In this document: in pieces, positions 25,246 through 36,800 of the stretch
Position numbering within the stretch: position 1 is the stretch's first letter
Layout: each line of letters starts with the position of its first letter
Source: Convolutriloba macropyga
Lineage: Eukaryota
Assembly (NCBI RefSeq): GCF_964194025.1
Contig: NC_134469.1
Span: forward strand, 84,630,001-84,694,000
Length of the DNA: 64,000 nt
Direction of reading: 5' to 3'
Notes under the pieces: generated by a model
The model's database searches: none
Seen by the model: only the letters and a program-made list of their open reading frames with translations
What the model was told of the DNA's origin: nothing
Made by a program: the position numbers and the translations under genes

Positions 25246-25448
25246 GAGGAAGGTTTCTGATTACTACCACAAGCTCTTTTGAGAATAATTGTTTGAAATT
25301 CGCAATTTGTACTTCACATTTATGGTTTGTTCTTCCGAATTATGGGAAAATATCGAGACTATTGATTTGTTCTTGACTACTTCTGCCCCGTGTTTTCTCG
25401 GTATTTGGAGTTGTTCCAACAATTTTAACAGAATACTAATTTTGTTTT

Positions 25449-28023
25449 TATAGCTGCGAAGCTGTAAGCTGAGCGTAGCTATATTGCGATGGTCTTGGTT
25501 TTTTACGACTCGAAGAGGAGTATTGGTTTTCTTAAGTTTTTTTTTACCGGAAGTACTATTCGTTCAGACGTTGTTTTGACCTAAAAGCGAAAGTGAGTAA
25601 AATTGCCGTGTGAACTAAATTTTTCTGAGCGAGAGAAGTTTTTTGATCATACGCTGTGTTTAGAGAATGACTTTTTGACTTTGAAAAGTAGTTTTTGACT
25701 GAATGGCACATATAGATAACCTTTTTTAGCCGTTTTTTCGTCTAAGCGGCCCAATTTTTCGCTTGTAATTTGGTTTTCTGTAGAAATAGTTTTTATTCGA
25801 TGCTATATTGAAATGTAAACCTCGGAAATTGAAAGCACAGTGTTTTGCAAGCGAAAGTGAGTAAAATTGCCGTGTGAACTAAATTTTTCTGAGCGAGAGA
25901 AGTTTTTTGATCATACGCTGTGTTTAGAGAATGACTTTTTGACTTTGAAAAGTAGTTTTTGACTGAATGGCACATATAGATAACCTTTTTTAGCCGTTTT
26001 TTCGTCTAAGCGGCCCAAGTTTTCGCTTGTAATTTGGTTTTCTGTAGAAGGAAATAGTTTTTATTCGATGCTATATTGAAATGTAAATCTCGGAAATTGA
26101 AAGCACAGTGTTTTGCACAGCCTGAAAATGCATTTCATGCTCAGAATTTGCCACATATTTTTTGATTTTTAAGTTAATTTTTGGTTTTTTTTCTATTAAT
26201 TTCTTCATTTTTGGATCTTTTAACCGTCTTTTTGACAAAAATCAGTTAATATGACAACTTCTCTTTGATAATTCATATACTCAACGCCTCTTTCTACCTC
26301 GATGTAATTTTGTTTTATAAAGTTGCACTATGCTATTCCGATTTTGGTAGTTTTTTTTTCCAATTTTTGTCAGTTTTTTTGTATTTTGGTTTTAAGTACT
26401 AGAAATAGTCTTTTTGTGCAACACGACGAACTTTATTTTCGTTTCAATAAAAATTCAATCATTTTTTGGCGTTAAATTTTTGAAAAACGGTTAGAACTTT
26501 TTCATAAATGCAGTCTTAAAAGGTTTTTACCATTTTTTATGCAAAATGTTTCAGTGTTTCGTATGTTTGAATTCTTTTTTGGTATTTTTTTGTTCTCTTC
26601 AGGAGGATAGATCTTTCTATCAGATGACCATTTATCTTTTCTATGTTTTGAATGCTGAACAATGAAATGTATTTGTTTTTCTTGAGTTTTTTATTTGATT
26701 TCTAACTTTCAAAAATAAAGAATGTCTTTCTGTTACGGTGTTCTTTACACTGTGTCCATATTCTTCACATTCTAGTTGTATCGTTCTAGCTTTGTCCTGG
26801 CATCTACATTATTTTCGGTATATTGATTTTTTTAGTTGTTAAAAAGTTGAATGATCTCATCTTTTTCTTAGATTTTCGTCATTCCTTTGGTTTGCAATTG
26901 ATTTCTTTCAACATAAGGCAGTACTGAGAGTTTGCTAGCATGTCTTTTGCGAAATTTCCACTTTTTACTGTTAACTGCAACTTTCTTCCGGCCTTGGTAC
27001 TAATTTAAATGTTTTTTTGCCTTTGTATATTCTTCTGCTGCTTATGTCTTTTCTATGATCAATTTAATTTTTTAATTAGTATGAAATCATGTTGTCTAGA
27101 AAATGTACAACAAGGAAGCAATTTGTGTTGTTTTTGGTCATAGCTGCAGTGATTAGAAAAGTAGTTATGGTGGTTTTCTGATTCTAAAATTTGAGCATTC
27201 TTTTTTCAAAGATTTAACTTAGTTTCTAAGGTGCATCTGCCGTTTGCCTTCGCAATCTTCTTGAGATTAGAACCATGATATTTGAGGGAAATTGATAGCT
27301 TGTCGGCTTTTTCAGCCTATCAGTATTTTGATCATCTTAAATCTTTCAGATTTTTTAAACTTTCTCAAACGTTTTCAATAACATGAAATTTTACTGCCTT
27401 TTGTTTTCTTGGTGACAGTGGTTCGTTTCACCAATTTTTAGATCAGACCTGGGGAGGTAATGAGCTAATGGTTTTATACAAAAAATAATGGCTTTCGCTG
27501 CAATTACGATTTTGTTTGCGAAGTTTTGACGCTTCGAGTCGCTTCGGGAATTCTTCCGGCTATGTTTTTTTGTTTCGTCGTCTGACGCTCTTTTTTCGTT
27601 TTACATTTGTTCACACCGCAAAGCTGAAAAAATCAAATTTTCTGAATGACTTCTTCCTCTCACTAACGGCCTTTGCTCGCGTGACGTCATTTCTCACTCG
27701 CTTTTGCAAAAGTTCTTAGGTTATTTGCGTGATTAGATTTTGATCATACTTGACTTACCTCACTCAATAAAATGACTATTGCACTTTAAAACTTAGTTTA
27801 ATTTGAATTTGTTTAAGGTCAAAGGAACTCATATGTGCATTAAAGGTCCCTAATAAGAGGCTTCCTGTGAATGAATGTTAACAAGCTTCATTAATTTATC
27901 GCTAAACTTTTTTTAGCCTAGTTTTTTGAGTGGCGTCGATTTTATTTCAATTTAGATCTGTATCTGTTTCTATCGAGCAGGTCTATTCTTTCGCAGCTAT
28001 TCCGGCAATGTGCCGGCTATGTT
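25449..28023 (+). mobile_element. Family C HINE-like element (RagA intron 4)
   Basis: 5' ATAGCTGCGAA with partial IR CGTAGCTAT; 3' TTCGCAGCTAT (27990-28000), stem-loop CCGGCA-ATG-TGCCGG, CTATGTT. Confidence 0.7.
25585..26117. repeat. Near-identical 264-bp tandem duplication
   Basis: AAGCGAAAGTGAGTAAAATTGCC at 25585 and 25849; about 3 differences seen. Confidence 0.92.
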
Positions 28024-28227
28024 CCTCCTGTTTTTTGAATTCGACACCTTAATAGAGTAAGTACTCTTCTTAAGTAGATAGTAGTTTCTCAGTAGACTGA
28101 CGTTGCCACTCAGTAATGAGTTTTTTTAAAATTCAGTCTTTGGCGTTCTTTTTGATGTCTATAACGTGCTAGTTTTTCGATCGAACGTGACTTACCTCGC
28201 TCAAAAACGATTGATATGCGTTGTCCA

Positions 28228-28721
28228 TGTGATATATCGCGAATTTTGGAGCTTAAGTTGAAACTTAGATATATAAAGAAAACTTTCGTACCTGATTTTG
28301 GTGAAGTGATATTATTGAATGGTGGCTTCTTGTTGATACCGCAATTTGTTGATACCGCAATTTTATCAGAGTACATAAACCATAACTTTGGGCGATCAAT
28401 GTGACCTTCCCACCATTAATGATGGTCATAAACCAACTCGCCAATCCGCCAAGTAGATAGCATTGACACATTCTGAAGTTGTGAGAACAAAGTAGTAAGT
28501 GCAAAAAAACTGAACCAGTACTTGCCATATACCGCAAGGGTAAAAACTGGTTCAAGCTTAACGTTTAAGTTAACCCTTATTAGCTAATTTATATCTAGAC
28601 GGATCTGTATATTTTCATACTGATAGGGACCATCAATACCTTTGAGTTTTTGCACATTTAGGCCACTTTGAATTTTTTGATTAACATAATAAATTTCTTG
28701 TTCCTGCTCGTGACCACGACA
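28228..28721 (+). repeat. 5' LTR
   Basis: TGTGATATATC...GACCACGACA, alignable by eye to 32173-32675. Confidence 0.9.
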
Positions 28722-31700
28722 ATGGTGTGCAGACCACCAATCGACCGACAAAATAGCGATTTGCAAAATTCTGAATCCTGTAATCTGCGTGCATTATGTT
28801 ATTTGTGACGAAATGCCGCACAGAGAAGAAAGATTGCAATCAACACAGACGGCACAATCTTGATCCTACTGGTAAAGACGCAGCTCGAAAATTCATGAGC
28901 TTTAACAAGCTATTAGATACTATTTTGAAAAGATTTCTAAAGAGAGTAATAACCGCACAACAAATTTTTGTCCATTATTCAAGGCGAAGGAGAGTCTGAT
29001 GACGACTTCCTAGCGCGTCTTAGAGAAGAAGCGCGCTACTGTGACTTAAAGCACTTAAACAGCAACCAGCTACGACGCCATAAAAAATAAACTAACAATG
29101 TCTTTCTGAGATGGCAGAATGCCTACAGTTCGGAATTCAAGCAATGGCTGTGGCAAGTTCTTTAATAGGTTATAAACCTCAAATAAAAAGAAGTGGGATA
29201 TAGCTTCAAAAAGATATTTAGAAAAACAGGTGATAATGTCAATGGTAATAAGGGCAATAGCAACTTGTGCAATAGAGTGTGAGGTAAAACACACGGCAGA
29301 AAGCCTTGTCTCGCTTTGAATAAGAAATGTAACACCTGTGAAAAAGTGGGGGCACTTTGCTAAATTGTGCAGAAGTAAAACCCAGCCTAAGTCAGGTAGG
29401 TTTGAGCAACTTAACAACATCGGCGAGGAAGAAGTTAAGCTAAGTGGTCAATCATCTTCTGAAAGATGGAATTGTACTATACACGGGAAAGTGTTTATCA
29501 TGTAACTAACATGGGAGTACATTACAGCAAAATAAAAATGCATGTTGATACCGGACTGGATAGGAAAATCAGACGTCTTGAGGTCTATTGCCATGCCCTG
29601 ACGCCTCTGGGATCACTAACATGCGATATTGAATGGAATTGAATTAAGCAGAGGCAACAACAACTAGCGGTTTTAAAGTCAGACAAAGAAATTGGGTAAC
29701 TGGGGAGAGACCACCGTCCCCAAGAAAGCATTAACAGTGTGTGGTGAGAGACTACCTGCAGTCAAGGGATACAAAGTGCATTTGAGACTCGTAACAGGAT
29801 CACAGCCAATCATCTGCAAGGCCAGAGAGATACCTACCTTTACAAGACGGTCACAGAGAAACGAAGCGATTGTAGGACAGGGCATCCTGGATCCTGTGCA
29901 AACTTGTGGTGTCATTAATGCATAACCAGTAGATTGGCAGCGAAGGACAAATGGAGCTCTAAGAATATGCGTTGATCTGCAAGTTCACATTATTGGCAAA
30001 GTTATGAACGAAGATTATCCAATCCCAGACATGAGACGTCCCAAAACTTCTGAAATCTCCATGGGGACTCATACTTTGGCAAAGTCGATCTATCAGACGC
30101 TATCAAGTTGAACTTAACGAAAATGCAAAAGAAATATGCACAATCAATGCCTCTCAAGGATCGTTCAAGATGTGCAGGCTTCCGCGGGGCTTAAAGATTT
30201 CATCATCAATCCTTGAGAATTGCACCGCGTCAAAGAATCAAGGCTGTGGTTATCTTTCAAGGCGAGGAACTGGTGTATGGAACATTGCAGAAGCAATATG
30301 AGAAGCGAATGCAAAAGTTGACTACGAGAGAAAAATCACTATCAGCTAAAAGAACACATCTCAAGCATTAGTTTTCCTGGTTACTCTGCTTCTAAAGAAA
30401 GACTAGCACGCGATCCTAAGCATGTTTAGAAAATCAGAAAAGCGAAACCACCATCAAAGAACTTGAGTCTTCTTCGGCTGAGCAAATTGTACCTCAGGAC
30501 GAGATTCGAAAAGAATTTCGGAAACTCATTGGACGGGATTAAGAAGAGCAAAAAGCTTTTGAAAATATCAAATTTATGCGCTAACCCACTTGTTCAGCCT
30601 TACAGCTTTAAAAAGAAGCAACCGTTACAACAGATGCTTCAGAAAAAGCAAAAGGTGGGGTTCTCTCGCAGAAGGATATACTGTGAACTAAGTTTCCAGC
30701 CGCAAGCGGAACATAAGTACTTCATTAGTGGGTCAGAAGTACTGGCGATTATACTTGTGGTCACAAGATTCAAAAAATTCCTTCTCGGAAGGAGGTGCAC
30801 CCTACAGACTGTCCGCAAACCTATCAAGTATCTCATGGCGACAGACAAAATTCCAAAAACAGCACTAGAAAGAATCAAGAGATGGGCGATAGCATTGATG
30901 GGAGTCGACTTCAAAATGAAATACACGCCTCATGTTAAAATACCTCATGCTGATGCTCTGGTCCCAGCAGATTTTGACAACGAAGATGACAGTGATCGAG
31001 TCTGCTTTGCCTCTACTGAGCTAGAATCCTATGGAATTTTCCAAGATATCATCAAAAGAGTAGCAGCTAGAAATAGAGCTCAGAAGCAGAGAAAGCATTC
31101 GAAAGACAGAAAGATGCTTTAACAATCCATAACATAATCATTTTTTTTTGATGTTATACCTTTAATTCTACCCAAACTATTTCGTGTGATGGTAAAGCTA
31201 AAAATGCAGCAGACAGCAGTCGTAATGACAGCCTGGTTGCTGGGTATGAGTCTTGATGTTTTTCGATATGCTAGTGTAAAGGATGCCAAAAAAACAGGCC
31301 TAGCTGGGTCGAAACGGTATTTCACTGGGACCGGTGCTGAAGTTTGGGGAAAACTCCATATTGACCGCGGTTATGTCAATGACCAAGGTAATTGCTCAAT
31401 GAAAGTAGGCGTGGGATCAGGTTGGATAGTAGCCTTCCATGCGAGAAATAGATTTTCACAAGCGGTAAAAGTTGGGTCAAATCCTTGCAAGATTTCGGAT
31501 ACCAAAAGTGTTAGTACCAGACAATGGTAGGCGGTGAACTAAAGCAATGGTGCGAATCTCTGGGAAGTAGAATCATGGAGTCAACCATCTGCCATCCAAA
31601 AGTAAATGGACTGGCTGTGCGTTCGATCACAACAAAGAAACGGGTTATTCAAGCCTGGACTCCAAATCTGAGCTTTGATGGCACATCGGAACATCCGCAA

Positions 31701-32172
31701 GATGCAGCGCAAAACTCTTTTGGAACTATTGCTGGGACGGAATGTAAGACTCCGGCAGTCGCTGACTTTGATCTGTATGAACCACTCCTTTTCAAATCGA
31801 CAAGGAGTTCAGTTCCAGCCACCTTCATAATCGGCAAAAGAAAGAACACTTCTATCATCCAGTCGGAGATTTCAAACAAGACAGTGCTTGTTGGTGACAA
31901 CCAAATTGCACGGCGGGAACCTTTTAACATCAAGAATGAATCGGCTGATCAGCAGTCAGAATGAATCGGCTGATCAGCAGTCTACTTACTCACAAGCTGA
32001 GAGCACTAGGGACAACAAAAACGTGGTAGCATCAGCTAATTCCACTGATATAACTTCAGTAACTGAAGGAGAATATCCTTCAGGGGCCACGAGAGCTTGA
32101 AGAAGATAAAAGAAACAGCCATAGAGATTTGCTTAAGATATCACTTCGAACTTGCTTAAAAAGGAGGGAAGA

Positions 32173-32675
32173 TGTGATATATCTTAAAGTCGAGAACTTT
32201 GTGTTCATGTGGAGAACTTTGAGCTTGTCGAAACTTCGATATACAAGGAAAACTTGTTGGTGAATTGATATTATTGAATAATGACTGAATATTTGAACCG
32301 TTGCTTCAAATTTTGTCATACCAAAATTTTATCAGAGTACATAAACCATTAATCTGGGCAATAAATTTGACCTCCCCAACAATAATGGTGATCATAAACC
32401 AACTCTCCAATCCTCCTTGTAGATATCAGTGACAAGTTCTCAAGTCGGGAGAACGATGTTTTAAGTGCAAAAAACTGCACCAGTACTTGCCATATACGGC
32501 AAGGGTAAAAACTTGTTCAAGCTTAACGTTTAAGTTAACCCATATCAGCTAATTTATTTCGAGACGGATCTGTATATTTTCATACTGATAGGGACTATTA
32601 ATACCTGTGAGATTTTGTAGTTAGGCCACTTTGAATTCAGTGATTAAAATATTCTCGTTTCTTGAGACCATGACA
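32173..32675 (+). repeat. 3' LTR
   Basis: TGTGATATATC...GACCATGACA, follows the polypurine tract, followed by the TSD. Confidence 0.9.
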
Positions 32676-33185
32676 GTCCAACTTAAGTAAAGTTGAAAGT
32701 TGGAACACAATTAAATGTCAATTAGTCTGTCTTAGGTAGAATCTTAAGTCAAGTAGAATGGTGAAGATCTGGTTTCTCTCAAGCTCTATTCTCTTGGTTA
32801 ATCACTTGATAGAAAAATCTCAATATTCTTGCTCGCGGCTCTTATCGGGCACTCTATGGACTGTTTGTCGATGCCTAATGGCAATAGTTCACTTTTATCT
32901 ATTAAATTCAATCCTTCAGGTCCCTGCAACTTTTGTGATATTTGAATTTTGTTCTGATTTCTTATTTATCCATGTATACTTCGTATGCTTTTCTTTTTTG
33001 TCTATATTTGATTTTGCCTTGTGTTAATCTTTTCGAAAACCGTCCTCATATGGTTTCTTGAAATTGAATTCTCTGTGTATGTGATTTTAACTGGTAGTGT
33101 TATTGATATCGGAAAGAAAGAGTTTTTGATTTTCCTTTCGCATATTAGTACGAGTAATCTGTATTAAGTCACCTGTCATTTCTAG

Positions 33186-33475
33186 TAATCTCAAAGTGGG
33201 AGAGAGGAGGCCAGAAGGACGAGCACCGCTTTGAAAAGATCAGCAACATCATTAAACACTTCAAATTAAGTTGCACTAAACTAGCAGACAACTTCAGTAG
33301 CATCGAAGTGAGGAATTCGACGTTTGCCGCTTTCATTGAGCAGTTCACGAGCAACACATACATAATGGTTGTGATGACGGACACTAACATCACATCTGCG
33401 GCAGTTCTCATGAATATCAGGAATGCCAAGGGTATCTTCGAGAAGATCGAATCCAACGCCGCCACCAATAAATAG
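33186..33475 (+). CDS. RRAGA: RagA/B exon 5 (roadblock C-terminal domain)
   Basis: tttctag acceptor; (V)ISKW...[22 protein letters not shown]...[23 protein letters not shown]...[15 protein letters not shown] at 33473-33475. Confidence 0.93.
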
Positions 33476-33846
33476 TTTATTGTAATCAGCACCTCTTTCA
33501 GTTGCTGTAGAATAGAATTCTGAATCTTTGTAAGCCTTTAAATATATATCAAGGCTGTTAACATCTTCCATGATGAAACCAGGAGAGTTTATACAGCGCT
33601 GAATTTGGACATGTTTTCATTTTAGAGATAATATCTTTCAAGATTTCATGGAAGGTGTTTTTAAAATATATTTTGATAAGATTGCGATAGTCTGAAAACA
33701 GAATCGTTGCTATATATTTTTCTCTGTATATTTAGAATTGATTTTATTTTCTTTATTTTGCTTGCATTTATTTAACTGGACTTCACAATAGTTCGACCTG
33801 TGTCAAAATGTAAATTTAACTTTTTCAGATGATTTGAGGGACTTCG

Positions 33847-36800
33847 ATGTCTGAGAAGTTGAGGTCCTCACACGTGGGAAGTTCTTTGCTTCCGGATAAA
33901 CCGAAAAACCCCTCCCGACAGAGCGCTTTTGTACCTGTTTACGGCAATGGAAGCATACAACAAGACGTAAATGGAGGCAACGTGAGACCTTCATCGAGAG
34001 ATAGCACTCCTGTGTCGCAAACGTCCTTCCCTGGTTACACGCAACCGAATCCTCTGCAGTATCCACCGTACACTCTTGGCCAAGGCCAGATGCCTGGATA
34101 TGGAAGCCAACCTCATCATGGAATTGGACCTGCTTTTAACTATTTCCAGCCTCCAATGCAGCAATTGATGTCACCATACTGGAATAATCAGAACCTTAGT
34201 CAGGGGTATCACTTGCCTCAACAGCCATCAGTACAACATTTTTACCAGTACCCTGCTGTATATCAGAACTCAAAAATGAACAACTCAACTGGACACATTT
34301 TTGAGCCAGTCACTTCATCCACATTGAACAAACCTCCAAGTCGGGAGAAGGACAGAACCAACTCGGAAAGTTCATCTGCCAATGTAAATACCGTCAACTA
34401 TCCTCAGAATGGGGCTCCCATCCCAAATCAGACTGCAAGTGATGCTGCTGAAGCGAATCACAGTTCATCAAGAGGGCACACGCCTTTAACGAATGCTCCT
34501 ATTCCCAATCAGTTCTCAACTCCTTATGGTGCGTACAGCATGGGCTCTCCTCAGATGCAGTACCCTGCACAAGCCATGGGATTCAGCCCTTTCATGTCTC
34601 CAAATCCATACTACTCTGGATATGATATGAACACGATGCAAATGTACGATCAATGGTACAAAATGTACGCTCGAGCTATGCGGAATATGTATTATCCATA
34701 TATGAAGAAATCTAACAGACGCAGTGACCTCGATGAAGATCGACAAACATCGGCAACTCGAGATTCCGTTTACTCCCCAGCGCCCTCTAGCGTGCTGCCC
34801 TCAAACGATAACGAGGTGCTTTCCAGAGCTGGAATGGAAATGTCTCCAGACAAGATCACGTCTGTTTCGGAAGAAGGTCGCAAAACACCCGAACGCTTTC
34901 CAGCTCTGCATTCTGTTGCCAAGTTTTCACCAAATGGAGTGCTTTTGTTCACGGATGTTGCAGGAGGAGCAAAGAACCATCTGTACGTTCACGGTGCTGT
35001 GACGTCATGTTCAACGTTTGCTGCTGATACGTTCGAATCGTTTCCTGGTCCCTTATACGGAAGTACATGGAAGCTGCCTAAGACAGAGATCAAAAGATTT
35101 ATATTAAATCAACTGAAACTTTTTCGAAAGAAGTCAAAATCATTTCAATCTTGTTCTGATTTTGAAAAGCTGGGTGATGTTTGTGACTTTGTAGTTTTGT
35201 TGAAATATTTGATGCTCTTAATTGACAGTGACGGATCGGTAGATACTTCATCGGTATGCGATCTCTTAACAGATGATTTGGAAGACTTCGAATCCGACAG
35301 TCAAGACCACAGTCCTCGGTCAGTGTCACTCTCTGAACTTAATGAGACCATTTTGACGTCACCGAGGGACGAGAACAGAATTGAAGTGATGAATAAATTA
35401 ACCAAAATGCTGCTCAGAGGAGAATCCAAGAAATTTGTGGAGCTAGCGATACAGGAACAGCTTTGGGGAGTTGCGCTGAGGTTCAGTCAAATGATGTGTC
35501 CGAGTCTATTTAACAAAGTTTGCACCCAATTCGATCAGGCCAATGTTAGCTTTAACGATCCTTTAAAGACTTATATAAATGTGAAGAACAGTAAACTTCT
35601 TAGCTTCGTCGCCTGTGAAGCTTTGACGTCAAACTGGAAACAACATTTGGCTATTATATTGGCCAATTGTGTGGATGAATTGCAGGTTCTGGACTACTGC
35701 GTTTCACTTGGTGATGCTCTTATGACGGCTAAACGGCCTTTTGCGTCGCAGCTTTGTTATCTCTTGGCTAAAATTAACTTTGACTGGCCTTCGACAACGT
35801 CTGTGACAAAATTGGTTCTGATTGGCCCCTCAAGTCCAAAAGATTCCTTCAATTCATTAATGCTTTTGAAAAGTCCCCTAGCTGTTGCTCTGACTTTGAT
35901 CTATGAACATTGCATCAAACTGAGTTTTCCAAGTTTTTCCATTCCTTTTCTCCAGCTTTGCAAATTGTCTTTGGCACGGAGATATTTTGATACTTCTCAG
36001 TTTGAGGTGGCCTTCAAGTACTGCGAGAACATAGCAATCAATGTGCAAGTAAACCCGGAGAGCTTTTCCATCGCTTTCATTGTGCAGTTGACTGAGATGT
36101 CGTTCATTCTGTCTCTCAAATTGAGCAAGACTGAAGAACCCTGGTTGCACAATTTATTAGCTTTGCATCTTTCTTGCACTGGGGTGAGTGTTGGTGTGAA
36201 AAAAACTGACAATGACAGCAGCACAAATGTGACAAAAACTGATGGCCTTCAGTCGAAGAAAGCTGGTTATTCTTTGTTAACTTCAGAGGATGCGAAAAAA
36301 CAAGCACTGGTTGTTAGCACGGACGTTGATGCTGTACTTGAATACGCTCAAAAAACAACAAATTCGCTGAGTATTAGCGATGGGCAAGTACAAGAAACTC
36401 AACGCAAGGTCTCCGCTTCTAAAGTTGAAACTAAGTTTCCTGGGCCGCCAGTTCCTGAAGATTACGGTGGATTTTACTCCCAGCAAAGTAGCCAAAACGC
36501 AGTTCAGCCATCTTTTCCGGGCAATTCACTACCGGTGGCACATGGTGTCAGCATAAATGAGACAGGAAATCCTGGCGATTCGAATACGGTATCAACAGCT
36601 TCTGTTAACGACCCTGTAGTTCCTCCTCTTCGGGTGATCCCAACAGATCAAACCAGTATGAAGAAGCATTCAGTACCTGAACTGAACTCCAGTAGATCAG
36701 TGAAAAGTGCCAGCTCTAAGAGTAGTGTAAGTGATCAGACGGAGAACCCGCCAGTTCACATTCCGACTTCAATCTCAGAAAATCAGTACAATACCTCAAA

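Larger units (their letters stand above)
28228..32675 (+). mobile_element. Decayed full-length Ty3/gypsy LTR retrotransposon in RagA intron 4
   Basis: TG..CA LTRs, GTCCA TSD on both sides (28223-28227, 32676-32680), TGG-starting PBS at 28723, purine tract AAAAGGAGGGAAGA before 32173. Remnants in order: CCHC knuckle (~29330-29370), protease VDTG (~29545), RT (LRICVD, YPIP, FGKVDLSDA), RNase H (TDAS, EVLAII), integrase (LHID, DNG, HPKVNGLA). Many frameshifts and stops. Confidence 0.93.

Noticed and set aside
25080-25282. CVCVCV-rich C-terminus of ORF 24737-25282 and the antisense HTHT ORF
   Set aside because: Translation of the intronic TG microsatellite; RagA homology stops at FEKATFL.
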